NCBI GenBank assembly: GCA_965153455.1 | Contig: OZ234493.1 | Coordinates: 3,472,001 to 3,536,000, forward strand | DNA from: Sphagnum compactum | Taxonomy: Eukaryota | DNA length: 64,000 nucleotides | Direction of reading: 5' to 3' | Shown here: positions 1-13,658 of the stretch, piece after piece | Layout: each line of letters starts with the position of its first letter | How positions within the stretch are numbered: the stretch's first letter is position 1 | The notes under the pieces: model-generated | What the model saw: only the letters and a program-made list of their open reading frames with translations | What the model was told of the DNA's origin: nothing | Databases searched by the model: none | Position numbers and translations under genes: made by a program

Positions 1-3000
1 GATGGTGGTGGGAGTAAAATTAAACCTGGGAAGTGTGATCTCTGGTGACAATCATCAGTAGCAGCACCTCAGAACACATGAATTGCAGTACATGCTTAAG
101 ATAGATGGTTTTCTTGTTGCCGGAAAGAAAGCTCAGGACATTGAACCCAGTAAAACCTTTGTGGGTTTTTCCGCTTGAAGGATAGATAGCAGTTACAGTA
201 AGCAATCAAACACAAAATAGTCTTAGGAAAACATTGGGCATGTGCAACCTCCAGATCTTCCCAAACTTCTTACTTGTCATTGTTAGTGCAGTACAACTCA
301 TTTCAATTTGTACACATATGGGTCATTTGATGTGCTCAATTCTTTTACCCACATGGGTCAGCTACCACAACCCCCAACCCCAGTAGATCATTGCCAGATA
401 GTAAGGGTGGAGGAAGAACAGAAAAACAGAGTAGTTAACAGAACCTGGAGGCTGGAATTCACATTCAGTCACACTTTTTGTGGACCTTAGCCTGTACCTA
501 GTGATACTTTGAATAAAGGCACTCATTCAGTCCCTTTGAGGTGCCATGCTTTTCTAAGGATTTGAGTTTGCAGGCATGAGTCCAATGCGCATGAGTCCAA
601 CTTTGGTTGTCTGCAGCTTCAAGTAGGAGGACAGCAGCAGAGGCTCTAAGTCACATGAAGAAACAGCCATCCTGGTTCTCTAAGGTATGCATCAAGTATC
701 CTCTTCCATGTCCTACACTGTCCCATCATGTTTGGGGCCCTCATCAATGCATACTAATCAAGAAGTCCTATCCATTGGAAAGGCTTTAACATTCATAAAG
801 CACCAGCAGAGAATTTCTAGTGTATCTTGAGGGCACGCTATCAAGTAAAATTTTTCCTTTGTAGAAAGCGGGGCATTTCAAAAATGAGATGCCAGATCCA
901 GCAGGCAGTTCCTGTTTCAAAATGGCCTTGTGAGCTTTTATTCATTACTTTTGCATCATACCCAGTGGATCCCAACAGGAATCACACTAAAATAATGAAA
1001 ATCTTGATTTCCTACTAATTCTTGACCCTCTGCCCTGAGGAGCCAGGGCATTACCCTACACTTAATGCTTGGGAAAGATTATTTCAGGAGTTCCTGACAT
1101 TCAAAATCTTTAAATCTGAGATGTACCAAAGTGGAAAACCATGAATGATGATGCTACTATCATGGTGCCTGCAGGCTCCTTTGTGCATAATTTCAACAAG
1201 CCACGTTGACTATTGGCATATAGGTCAGTGCCAATATCACTTGCTTGCAGGATGATGGGGGTGTTTTTAACATCTGTCAAGCGTTGACTGGGGTTTAGGT
1301 TAGGTTGCATCCTAACCCCTAAACCAGGTTGACTACTTTGGCTTCCTTCTGGATTTCATTTTTCTTTCGTCTTTCCACCATTCGTTTTTTTGTTCATCTC
1401 AATAGAATGACACAGGCTTCTGTGGTTAGGTAAAGCCTGAAGCCGCAGGCTTCACCAGAATAAGGGTTCGCATGAAGTTGATCCAAGCATGCTCCAGATT
1501 CCCATAAAACCCATGGCCAAGGGTTTCACTGTGTATGCTACTTGAACAGGTAATACCCAAAAAAAAAAAAGTTTTAAATGTGCGCAACAGTTTAGGACAG
1601 TTTCAATTCTGTTTTGCTTTCCGGAAGAATTGTTGACCACGCATGTCCTCAACGATGATGATGATAAATAGGAGACTCCACAAGCTAGTAATGATCTAAA
1701 GTACTAATTCATGAGCATTTGCTGATCAGTCTGCGGATATGATATTCATTGTAGCAATCATGACTATGTAAACAGCTTGAAGATTACACAGACAGAAACA
1801 AAGATATCGACGCTGGTTTGACAAATCTGCATCAACTTGTCAAACACGAACATGTAAGTCAAGAGTACTATAAGTCCAGGCATGATTGATGTTTCACTTG
1901 TTGCAGGTCCGTTGAGGATTCCATGTTGCGAACGGCCTGTTTTGACCTCCTCTGGAGGTTTAACTCTTTTTTGGATTTTCGGCAGTTTCCTTCTCAGAAG
2001 ATGGTGAAGCTGCTCAATCTGAGATCGACCGGCCGGCCGGTTGATGTGTAAATCTTTAGTAATGGCCACTGACTTGGGACCCCGCAACAGGCGGTGAATC
2101 AATTCTGTCGGTCAGGAGATTAATTGCGGAGAAACTAAGGAGTCAACGTCTGGAGGTGGATTGCGATTGAAGCTATCTATTTGGAATTAGTTCTAATGGA
2201 ATTGCGGTGAAGCAGCTGGTCGTCGGCAGCTGCGGCTCTATCCGTTTCTATCGATTCTTGGTGAAATTTATTTCATCAGGATCAACACGATTGCAAATTC
2301 AGATTCTCGAAGGGTCCTCGAATTGTAGACAATGCTTGCAGCGTGCAATCCCTTTGGGTGTCGGGGCCGACACTGCATTATAGTAGTGACTCGGAAAAGA
2401 TCATGAAGTCACCTAACTTCTCAGGACTCAGTAATTCTCCTATACATTTTCCCAAGGCTTCGGTAACAGATCGGTTATATCTTTGTCATTATCGTTGTTT
2501 AAAGCTCCAAGCTTTCGAGCTCAGTTGTTCTCTAGAATATATCTTGTCCTCTAGCACCAGAATTCTTGAATAATTTGAGTTCGAGCAGGTTCAAGACTTT
2601 GCTTGGGTCGAAGCCAGCGGCAAGAACTTCAGCAAGCTCGCTGATTTTGGGTTTAGTGTGTCCCAAATTGCTCTAGTTTCTTTCCAACAGAATAGTTCAG
2701 GTGAGATACATTTGCATCGTTGTGAATTGTCTATGGCGTAATATGAGAACTCCTGGTTCTTCTTCCATGTTCCTCCTACATTCTAATTTATCTGTGACAC
2801 TTCATCATCTGAGGGGGAACATATGAGACTTCTCTGAACGTTTCTTTGTTTCTTATATTGCAATAAAACTTTGGTGAATTTTCCCTCTGGAATAATTCGT
2901 GTTTCTTCCATTTGTAATTTGTTTAGCTGTCGTGGATATTTGATGCGCAGGGCCGCGAGTCCCGAGCAGATTATATCGTCGAACCACCAGTCTGCTGAGC

Positions 3001-3065
3001 ATCACCTCCCCGATCTCACAACAATCCTGCAAGTATAGTAAGGGATTAAACTCCTTGGTGGAAAA

Positions 3066-3281
3066 ATGAAGGACTATGAGGCAGCGAAGGTCGATGCCCG
3101 GAAGATCGAGTGTGTCTATGGGGGCCGCACTCAAGAACAAGCGCTTATAATTTCTGTCACAGACGGGGGAGGATCAGCCTGGAGGCCTAAAACCCCTCCT
3201 CCACCTCCACGTCCACCTAAACAACAAAACACTATCGACTTCCGCTGGGAAAAACCTTGTGACATCTCAGCTGATCGCTGA
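3066..3281 (+). CDS. Candidate small protein (71 aa, Pro-rich, C-terminal FRWEKP motif); unverified
   Basis: ATG in A-rich context (gaaaaATGaag) within a GC/CpG-richer island. A plausible 5'UTR intron lies upstream (CAG|GTGAG at ~2700; tttgtttAG at ~2927). No family recognised with certainty. Confidence 0.3.
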   Translation: MKDYEAAKVDARKIECVYGGRTQEQALIISVTDGGGSAWRPKTPPPPPRPPKQQNTIDFRWEKPCDISADR

Positions 3282-3832
3282 GGTCAATGACCAGATCACT
3301 AGTTACTCTAGATTCCAGCTGCTTCACGACCTTGTTAGTTCAGCTTAGAGCTTGCGAAACCAAGAGATTGTTTTGGCATACTTCAATCTTAGCAGTTTCG
3401 CAGCTAATTCGTAATTGGCAGTGGAAGAATTCTTCCCAAACTCATCGCAACATTTATGCAGGGTAGCAACAGGCCATGTCCAACTCATCTCTATTCTTTC
3501 ATTTTCTTTTTCAAGAAGATTCTATTTGTGGAGATGAAATTTTTCAAAATTCATTAAATTAATCGACACAGATCTGTCAAGTTGTCAAGATACAATGGTA
3601 ATGTACTTGGGTCTGCCTGTGTCTGTCCAGATCACAGGCGGCTGACTAATCTGTTTGCTTGCTACTGTGTTGCATTGCAAGCAAAATTCAACCCAAGTTC
3701 TCAGCTTCAAGTTTGAATCATCCATATGAGTCATGTGCAATTCCATCTCCAATTGATGATTGTAGATGTTAGCTAGTTTGGTGTAAGTGTTCCCACCGGC
3801 AAAGAGTGTCCCAGCATAACCACTAGAGCTTC

Positions 3833-3985
3833 TCTATCATCTATTTCTTAAAGAAGTTTGTTTGTTTGTTTGTTTGTTTGTGTTGTTTTGTTTGTCGTGT
3901 GGAGATCTCCCAAACCAGCCCCCCACCAAGTTCTTGGTACTGTTGGAAAGCCCTCCATGAGTAGAGGTGCAACAAGGTGGTTTCA
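3833..3985 (+). mobile_element. Truncated non-autonomous Helitron-like repeat
   Basis: TC-rich start, then aagaag(TTTG)n microsatellite, gagatctcccaaacc and ttggtactgttggaaagccctc. Similar to the copies at ~51100-51537 and ~61970-62110. Confidence 0.5.
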
Positions 3986-5399
3986 AGTTGATGAAAAAAT
4001 ATCACGTTTAAAAAGAGACAATTTTTCACAAAAACATAAGAAAGTAGATCAATTTTTACTTAAATTTTATTTTGAAACCATGGTGCTTTTCATTGGATTT
4101 GTATTAAGTTGAATACAAAATTGAAAAACTTTGAAATAATAAAAGTAAGGAACAAGTACTTTTGAATTTGACTCGCCAATATGGTGTTTAAAAATATTTT
4201 TGCATTAGAAAATTTAATGAAATAGATTTGTGTGAAGTTATAACATAAAGATCATGTATATTGAAAGGAAGGAAAATAAATAAATTTTACTTTCTTTTTG
4301 ATAGAATATACTTGACACATATTTGAAACAAATGTTACACTAGAAAAAGTAGGCTTCAAAAGTTACGTACATTTAAAAAAATCTATTTGAAACCTATTTT
4401 TACAATGTAAAATTTAAAAATTAATTCATAATAGTGAAGAAGTATCTTGTTTTTCATCACTTACGTAAAAATATTAAACATATAATAATTTTATGATGGG
4501 TTTTAGTCCTTTTCTTGTTAGTTGGACAAGTAGACTGCCATGGTAATTGAATTGTATACTTTACCATGCTTTCACCCCTTAGCTAATATTGCTTGGTTCT
4601 TCGAATTTGAACCCAAACGAAACAAAAAATTTAAAAACACTTATAGATTTACATATTTAAATCTTGAAAACTTGATGTTTATGTATAGCACTTACATTGC
4701 AAGCATTGTCCAAAAGAAAAATAAAGATGAACAAGGAAGATCATGTGGTTCATAAAATTGATCCACTTCCAACTCGTTGTGCAATAAGGCTATCACGAAA
4801 AGATACATTTTACATGTTCCATGTTAAATATAGTTTTATTGAAACATTCACAAAACTTACAAAAGTATGTAAAGTGCAAAACACATCTCTACTAAGAGGA
4901 AAGGTGATCTTGAAGAATAAATTTTGACAATTTATGTTAAATATGGTTTCACCTTAAGAATTGTGCATCTAATCATTTTCAAGTCATTTCAAGAAATTCA
5001 CCCATGGCAAATGTAATTAACAAGCACCACATCAATGTCATAAGCAACAACAATGCCACAAATTAATCAACAATTACGTTATCTACCAGGGGTGATATAT
5101 GGGATCACACATAGCACAACTCAAGATTTCAAGCTTCATGAAGCACACTTTTGTAGGAAAACCACCAAACCACCGTCGCATTTCCATACATACCACTTAG
5201 ATTGGATTTCCACAAAGCTTGAACACCTACACATTGGCATACCATAGTTAACCCCCAAAGACACATAGTTGTTGAACAATTTTAAATCACCATCATGTTT
5301 CGACAACCATGAAATCATTTACAAATCTGAAACAACTAAACAAACCCTAATGAAAACACAATAACATGTTTCGCCATTTATATAATATTGAAATAGATA

Positions 5400-7400
5400 A
5401 TTCATATCACTCATTTCAAGAATTCATCATGTTCCATTGCATCTTCAAATGCAATCTTCAATTTGACATTTGTTAAATCCAATTTTACTTGACATGCACT
5501 TCTCAAATCTACATGCTTCAAGCAACCAATGCATGAACTTGTTAGCCAATTCTTGCTAATTTGTCAAAATTGTTAGTTTAAAGATAACATTTACAAAGTG
5601 AAATCAAAATTCTAACTATGAAAAAATTCTCTTTGTTTTGATTTTGGGAGGTTAGAATGCCCAAATTGTGTTTCATTAATTTTGAAATTTTCCTTCTTCT
5701 CTGTGCCACCAACTCAAGGCATCCCTGAAGTTTGCATCAACAATATAATGGTGATATCCATCAAGCTCTCTTAACACAAGGTGCCTCAAAGTATTTAAAT
5801 TTGTTTTAATCTTCAAAATCAACTCAATGTGATCCTTGCACCTGAAGTTCATCAATAATATTTGGCATCAATAATCATTTGTAAACCTGTGGACCAATAA
5901 AAGTAACAATAATTATGAATCATATTTAGCAACCAAATTTTAATTGCATTTTCACAACCCACATAGCTAATGGTTGGATGAAAACTTTTAAACCTTGGAT
6001 ATAACATCAATGCTAACATCTAATGGCATTTCCTCCTATCAAATCCTTGCCAAAAAAAAAATGAAGGGCAATATCGCTTCTAGAAGTTAAAATTTCAAGT
6101 GAACCCACAACTCTTCCAACTTTTCATCAAAAGTTGATGTCTCCAAATTAATCAAGTTATCAAGGACAATATGTGAAGGTTCATCACAAATCTCATGACG
6201 AATGGAAATGAAAAAATGTATAGCATCACTAAGCAACCAATGACCATGGCTCTAGTTCATCACACAATTGGTTACTATCGGCGACAAAACTTTCATGACA
6301 ATTTCCCAAACTGCCCAAGTTTGTGGAGATGGTACACAACTTTGCAACACCATCATTTATTGAAGGAATGGCTAAGCAAAATGTCAAAATGTCCTATAAC
6401 AATAACACCCAACTCGTAAACCTACATGAAAAACACCAAGACACCAAAAGCCAAAACAAGTTGTTAGGTGGAACTTGGAACAAGCATTTTCATGTAAAAT
6501 TTACAGATTAAACACGACAAAAAACAAATCAACTTGAAATTCAAAAAACCACATCCCATTCACCAAGTTTTCACTAATGTGTTTAATTTTCTAAACTTTA
6601 ACCCAAAATTTATATAAGTTTTATCCCATTCATGCCTCATTTTGCCATTTTTCTTTGGCCATGTTATACATTTTTAAATGTCAACCTAAATAAACTTGAC
6701 AAATGCAAAGTTAAAACACTAAGAAACTTTGTCATATGTAATAGGTACGGGCAAACCTTGGATAATGCATGCCTCAAGCATGTTTTATCAAATAGCTCAG
6801 ACATGCCCAAGGCATTACAAGATACAATTGAGTTAAAAGAAAATGTACATGTTTGCAAATTAGACCCCTCATCCTTTACATATGCTAGAATAGATTATGA
6901 GTTAGGGTAAACCTATAAAGGAGTTGCTACAACTAAATTGCCAACTGCACCAAAGATATTAAAAGCTTCAGATAACCCAATCATTACATGCTTTAGCTAC
7001 CAATCACTTGAAAGAAAGTTTACAACCACAACAAATATGTCATGAACCCTTTTTGACATCCAAAGATCAAAATCCAAATGGTTAAATCACATGTGGGCAA
7101 TGCAAGTTGAACATATTCACCCAAATTTTTTTACATTAAAGAAGGTAGAACTTCTTTAACAAAAACTTTCTTGGATGAGAAGACAACCTTTGGGCATAAT
7201 TTGTATGCCAATCTTTGCAACCAAACTGATTCCACTATCCTCAATGGCAAAATACCCTTGATCAAAAACAACATGATATCCTTCACAAAACTTTTTATAT
7301 GGCATGATCTTTTGAAAACCCTTTTAAAACAACAAAACAAATAAAAAATGGCACCTGGTACATTACATTTGGCTCTTACTAGTTCCCAATCGAACAATGA
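5400..7400 (-). mobile_element. Degenerate hAT-superfamily transposase relic
   Basis: Minus-strand fragments LPLRIVESVWLQRLAYKLCPKVVFSSKK (7131-7397), FDLWMSKRVHDIFVVVVNFLSSDW (~7000-7075, first catalytic D-x-W motif), NCVMN*SHGHWLLSDA (~6220-6280) and a dimerisation-domain-like stretch at ~5600-5665. Many stops and frameshifts; ends approximate. Confidence 0.75.
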
Positions 7401-9685
7401 TCTAAGATAATTTGTTACTTGTTATTCATACAATTTAGATAAGGTTTCACATTTTTTTCATAGTAGTAATGTCATTTGTTTCGCAATAAATAATGAGACT
7501 TTTACAACACCTAATGTGCAAGGCTAAAATTTCAAGGCAACATGTATGATTGTGGTAGATTATGTATCACATGATTTTATTCACATTCATATCTATGAGT
7601 TGATTGTCATTTACTTTGAAAAAAATCCATGTTGGCAAGTTATGATTGTAAGGCTTCTAAACAACCCCTTGTTTTTTCAACTCCTCCATGTGCGCTTCAA
7701 ATAGGTGTGCCTTATCACCATTGGCATCTTATAACCTTGATCTCCACTACCATGAATTTACAAGTTGTCTTTGATGTTATTGTTACAACATTTTACAAAG
7801 ATCTTGCAAAGACTAATGAAAGATATTGAGGTTAAAAGCAAAATCATGCATGTTCATTATAGAGACCCATTCTCTTGTTGCTTAACACTTTGAGAAAATT
7901 GAGACTTGAGACCTGAAACCCAACAATATAAAAAGTAGGAATAACAATAGAATCAAACCCTAGCTTGTGAAAGCTCAAACCCAACAACAAAAAGCACAAA
8001 AAGCCAAAGCTTTACAATGGAGAAAAACCCAACCTATGGAAGCTTAAACCCTACAACAAAAATCACAACAAGTATAACAAAAACCACAATTGCAACAAAA
8101 ACCACAACAAGTAAGACATGTGCAATAAAGAAAAATCACAACATTACAATAAAAACCACAACAAAGAGGAATTATGTTTGTCAACTCATGACGACCTCAA
8201 GCAAACAATGACCTCAAAATACAGAAGCTGCCGAAACAAAATGTACGAAACCTTTACACTTACAAGACCACAAAAATGAAAGTTCAATTATTATAAGGTG
8301 CATGCAAATCAAAAAAGATCACAACAATGCTAAAAAAAAAATTCCTTCCTTTGCCCTTTCTCAATTAATAGTTGATGAAAAACCTCAATGGTGATTTTCT
8401 CTCAAGTGGAAACTAAGAACAACAAAGAAAAAACATGATCAAGCAAAAAATGCCTACATTCTTTCCTCTCCTTCGTGAATTTTTCTAAAGATCTTACATG
8501 GCAATATCACTTACGAGCTTCATTGATCGACACTCCTTCAATTGATGTCCCTTCAACCAACACTCCTTTGCATTAATGTGTTAGGTAATACTCCATTTCA
8601 CAATCACATTCAAGCTACTTTAACTAGCAAGGTTGCTTTTAGTAAAATCATGGAATATTGAATTTTTTGCAAAAAACTTTACCATTCAAAGAAACAAAGT
8701 AAACTCTAACCCTATTGCATGCCCCTGACGGTTATATTAAGGGCACAGATTCAAGTTTTTTCCAAATAACCAACCCGTTTTTTCTTTTCATTTGGATTAT
8801 GGTTTTGAATGGGACAAAGGTAGGGGTGATGCAAAGGCAAATACCCATGATTTCAATTTCAATAGGTAGGGTTAAGGTGAGGGGTTTTAAAATCTAATAC
8901 CCACCCCACATTGGTTTAAATCAACAATGCAATAGTTATTAAACAAGGTTGTCTTTCAAAATTCAATGAGATCACAACTAAAGGTCTATTCACACATAAG
9001 GGTAGCAATTTACTTTCATGCCCTTACTTACCACTAACATAACCAATTATCTTTAAGTTTGTATGAAAATTTAACCACTACTTACTCACCCTAATTACTT
9101 AGCATGTCGTTATTCACATTTTAAACACATACAACCTTATTTTGGTAGGTACTTAACCCCTTTACTATCACTCTCCATAGTTTCAAAGTTTTTTTTTTTT
9201 TGTATGGTCACTAGTTGTTCCCATGCCAAATTCATTTGGTGTTGATTCCACGTTTTCAATTGGTGTGCAATAGCTAATGTCAAATCTAAGGAATTCCTTT
9301 AGGCTTCCAATGTTTTTATGATGAAAGCCATTAATAATATGAAAAAGTATTTGCACGCTACAATATTGCAATCTCCACCTTACAACATTGAAACAAAAAC
9401 ATTTTGATGGCACACACTATTGAAAATTTTTGCATGGTGATCAAAAAAATCATTGCTTGTTCGAATATAAACATCTTTCGTGGAGATAACAATTATGGAA
9501 GAAAAACAATAGGTCGATTTGAACAATTATTTGCTTGTTGGTTTAATTCATATTTCATTTCATCCATCTTCTTTCTTTCAAAATTTTCATCTTCATTTAT
9601 CATTCAATATTTAATTCTTTTATAATCAGTTTCATTTATCCAATTTCTTTTTGACCATGAGGGCACAAATGGAAGATGGCTTGTG

Positions 9686-11072
9686 CATGAGCGTAAAGCC
9701 TGAGCTTGGAGCCTTGAGCTTGGAACTTAAGGCTTAATGTGATTTAATCCACCTACATGGATGCATATGTTCATAGATGAATGATTTCATATGGATGAAT
9801 GTCATTTTTGCATGGATGAATTTTATTTATGATTTGAATTAAATAAACAAATCATTCAAATCATTTAATTCAAATCATAAATAAAATTAATCCATGATTG
9901 GAAGATAAATAAATTCAAAATTATTTATATCCATCGTCATTTGTTATCCAAGTTTTAATATTTCAAACTTGAATGTCATTTAATGATGATGGATAATGAA
10001 ATTGTGATAGTAGGGAAAAATATGATGATGGGACCAAAATAATTTTTATAATTTTGTTCAAGAAATCATGAACAATGTTAAGCAATTCAAAAAATCTTGT
10101 CATGGAATGAGTGTCATCCCCTCCCACCCAAACGTTGTCAACAACATTATATATTTACTTCATGGAAAATTAGGGTGCCTTGAAAATAAATTATTATTAA
10201 AAAATCTCATTGTCATGTCTATGGTAGTAGGTTGTTTGAAGAAAACTGATTAAAGTGCCTAAAATTGAATTTTTGTTTATCTCAAAAACTCATTATCACC
10301 AATGACATTATGTAATTTAAAGATATCTAAAACATTTAAGATCTATTGTTGTCAACAACATTGGTTAAATTTGAATAAAGTCATGCCACCCTCAACAAAT
10401 AATGGAAAAAAAACACCCATGCTTACTAATGACACTTATAAATAGGTTTGAAAGAAGTTGTGGCACCTTTAGAGGAGGAGGAGGGGAAAACCCACTATGT
10501 CAACGACACTAAATTAGTATGCCAAAAAAAAAAACAAAACAAAAAAACCTATATTTAAATTTTTTTTAAACAACAATCACCATGGGATGGATGAAGTTAG
10601 CATAATAATAATAATATAGTTAAAACATTTTGAAAATAATTTCATTTTAAACCATAGCCATGAAATACATCTATAATGGAATTTACATTATATTATTCAA
10701 CAAATGTTATATCATATAGAATTAGGTTATGTTTCATGAAACTCTAGTTAATTAAAATTATGGACAAAAAAATTATCCATAAAAAATTAATGATAAAATA
10801 AAACATTCATCCAAAATTCTGATGGAACTTCTGTTTATTAAAAACATTAAATACTCTTTTTTTCATCCATACATTAGATGAATGACAAAAAATCATTCAT
10901 CCATAATAAGGAAGATGCTTACATTCATCCCCATGTTTGCTTCTAAGTTTATTGCTATAACATTCATTTTGCAATTAAATTATTGGGTTTTATTTGCATG
11001 TGTATAGGGGGAAAGACATTTTACCATCTCAAGTTCCAACTCTAGGTTCTAGGCTCAGGCTCTAAGCTCACG
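9686..11072. mobile_element. Non-autonomous DNA transposon (~1.4 kb) with ~43-bp imperfect TIRs
   Basis: Left end tgagcgtaaagcctgagcttggagccttgagcttggaacttaag matches the reverse complement of the right end (tgagcttagagcctgagcctagaacctagagttggaacttgag). Subterminal ATGGATG/CATCCA repeats are oppositely oriented at the two ends. Confidence 0.65.
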
Positions 11073-12712
11073 TGGTAGCATGCCTCGACACAAATGCTTA
11101 AGACCATGTAAAATGAGCCCAACAATGCCCTACAATAACATTGGAGACATTTGCACTTGTGTTGCACTGTTAATAGAGAGACAATTGTGTAAAAGATGTT
11201 TAAAACAATGCACATAGAAACATCATTGGGGACATTGCAAATGTTATATGTATTGCACACAAGACAACATTGTAGACACTCCACTCTAGACAAAATAGGA
11301 TGGATCTTAGATCTTGAAAATGAATTAGGAACCAAACCTCGAAAAGATTAGTGGTCATCAAGAGATTGGTAGTCTACATGCAATGGATTGAGGTTGATAA
11401 CTTATTACCATGGATGGTGGTGGGATTAGAAATTTTGGAATGAAACGTTGTGAATTTATTTGCACTCACTACCACAAAAATTAATGTCTAAGTTAATGTG
11501 CCATGTGATCTTACCACATCTTCTACTTGCCAACTAGGACCAATGTATTGTGAACAATTGCAATTTATAATTATGTTATCTATATTCTTACATTTATGTG
11601 TGAACAATGCATAAATAGTTCAAAGAAATTAAGGCATTTTTTTGTATTGTTGGAAAGTGCTCATTGAATAGGATTTTATAGAGGTGCTTTCATAATTTTT
11701 AGTTCTAGGGCATATTCACAATCAGGGTATCACCTTTTGGACATAGGATTCAAGGACTTTGTTTTTGCTACCTTCCAAATATAAAATCTAAATGGAATAA
11801 ATTTAAATGAAAGATATTGCATAATCCAAATTATGATAATTTTCATGGTGGTGGTGATTTTTCACATGTGTATGTGATTATGCATAAATATTTTGGTAAA
11901 AAACCAAAAATGCAAAAAATGAATACATAAATTTTTATATGCAAATTGACATTTTTTTTACATGAAAATTTCTTGCGCATTTTGCTGACACTTAATTGGG
12001 GCCACAAATTCTAAACCTAGTGAATATAAAAAATCAACCAAATGGGGAAAAAAAAAATCATTTCCTTTGTTGCCCTTTCAGAATGGATTTTGTAGCTTTC
12101 AAATTTCTTGGATTGTATATTATTTAATCAAATGCATTATATGAACATTTCCAAACATAGATGCATGCATTACTTATCCATGAAAAAAAATTGAAATCAA
12201 TGCATTGTTTGATGCATTCCTTTTAATTTTTAAAAAATGAAAATTATAGTTAAAACAAATATTCAAATTGCTTAAAAGGACTCAGAAAAACAATAAAATT
12301 ATATCCAATCTATTCTTGGATTTTTTTATTACAGTAACATGACATCATTTTAATTATAGACATATACCAATCCACTGTAATCATGAAATAGTAAATGTAA
12401 TGAAAATTCAAAATAATCCTTTGCAAACTTTTTTTAGTCTTCTTTTTTTGGTTAGAATGTGCTTTCGAGTACCTTGATTGTGAATATACACCCTAAAATG
12501 GAAGAAATATTGAATTTTGAATCAGTTTTTCATTGAAAATTTTCAACTAAATTACAAAAACTAGTATTGGAAGGAGAGATTAATTGGATGACAAGTTCAC
12601 ATTTGTGACAACGGGCAAAGATGGCTACAGGTCACACGAGTTTAACATGGAACAAAGCTGGATCCCCCTGGGCAATTGTTGCCGAGTTCTAATCTTTCCA
12701 CAAGCATCCGAC

Positions 12713-12940
12713 CAGTCAAAACGACGCACACAACGTACTTGAGCTTCGACTCAATGTCCTCAAAAGCATGGAATATGCCTGCGTATTTCAACAAGAACAC
12801 CTAATTCGGCTTTACGCAAGATAAACAAAGTGCGTTTAACCAATCAAAATGAGATAATTGCTTACATTCCTGACAAAGGTCATAATTTGCAAGAGCATTC
12901 TGTGATTATGATTAGAGGAGGTAGAGTTAAAGATTTGCCC
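12713..12940 (+). pseudogene. rps12: NUMT: fragment of mitochondrial ribosomal protein S12 gene
   Basis: Translates as [75 protein letters not shown], matching plant mitochondrial S12 (CPQKQGVC...[36 protein letters not shown]...RGGRV.DLP). Has an in-frame stop, a 9-nt deletion of PKK, and both ends truncated. Confidence 0.9.
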
Positions 12941-13267
12941 AGCCACATTGCGAAGGGCGAGAGCTTCATTCTATGATGTAGAGGGCATGTGAGAAGAAGG
13001 CAGGAATCAGCCTTTGTCCATGTAAAGGTCTGCACCTGCCAATTCTGCAAGTTTTCAGCTGCTCTTCGTGGAGAACAGAATCAGCTGCCAGGGACAATTC
13101 TGTCATGTGCTCCCTACCTACTTCATTTTATGACTCACTTATACTACTTAACAGCCTACCTGTGGAAATTTCTATGAAGGAATGTGCCCTAGGGGGGCTC
13201 ATTTTCTACCAGTATATTAGCACAGCCATGATCCATTGTAAGTAACTTTGTGGTGACAAGTTCCAAG

Positions 13268-13658
13268 CAATGACTTTTTTGGTGGCAAATTTTTGCTGTT
13301 TTGCTATTTGTTTTTTGAAAAAGTTGGAAATACTTCTTTTTTTAATGTAAAATTATTTTTGGGAAAATTTTCAAACTTTTCGAAAATCAAGAAATGGAAA
13401 AAAATTAAAAATTAAAATTAAAGAAATAAAATGGTTTCAACTTCCGGCAAGCTCCAAATGAATTTTATACCATTTTGGCCTCCAAATTCAAGCAAACTTT
13501 GGGAGTGAACTAACTGGTGGGGTATAAAACTCTCCAAAATCACTGTATTTTAAATATGTATATATTTTTATTTTTATGAAATTTTTATGAAATTTTTTTT
13601 CTCTTTTTCTTTTTTTATTCCGCTTTTTGGCGAAATTTCGCCAGTAAAGAAAAGGCTA
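13268..13658. mobile_element. MITE-like AT-rich element
   Basis: Left end caatgacttttttggtggcaaatttt resembles the reverse complement of the right end (agccttttctttactggcgaaatttcgcc). AT-rich interior contrasts with the flanks. Confidence 0.4.

Noticed and set aside
529..540. TPP riboswitch-like AGTCCCTTTGA
   Set aside because: The adjacent conserved elements (CTGAGA upstream, ACCTGA...TAATGCC downstream) are missing.
1208..1240. miR171-like sequence (gtgccaatatc) in a small hairpin
   Set aside because: Only the 3' half of miR171 matches and the stem-loop is far too short for a precursor.
1655..1726. C/D-box snoRNA (ATGATGA ... CTGA)
   Set aside because: The C box is part of a (GAT)n run and the putative 18S guide match needs gaps and mismatches.
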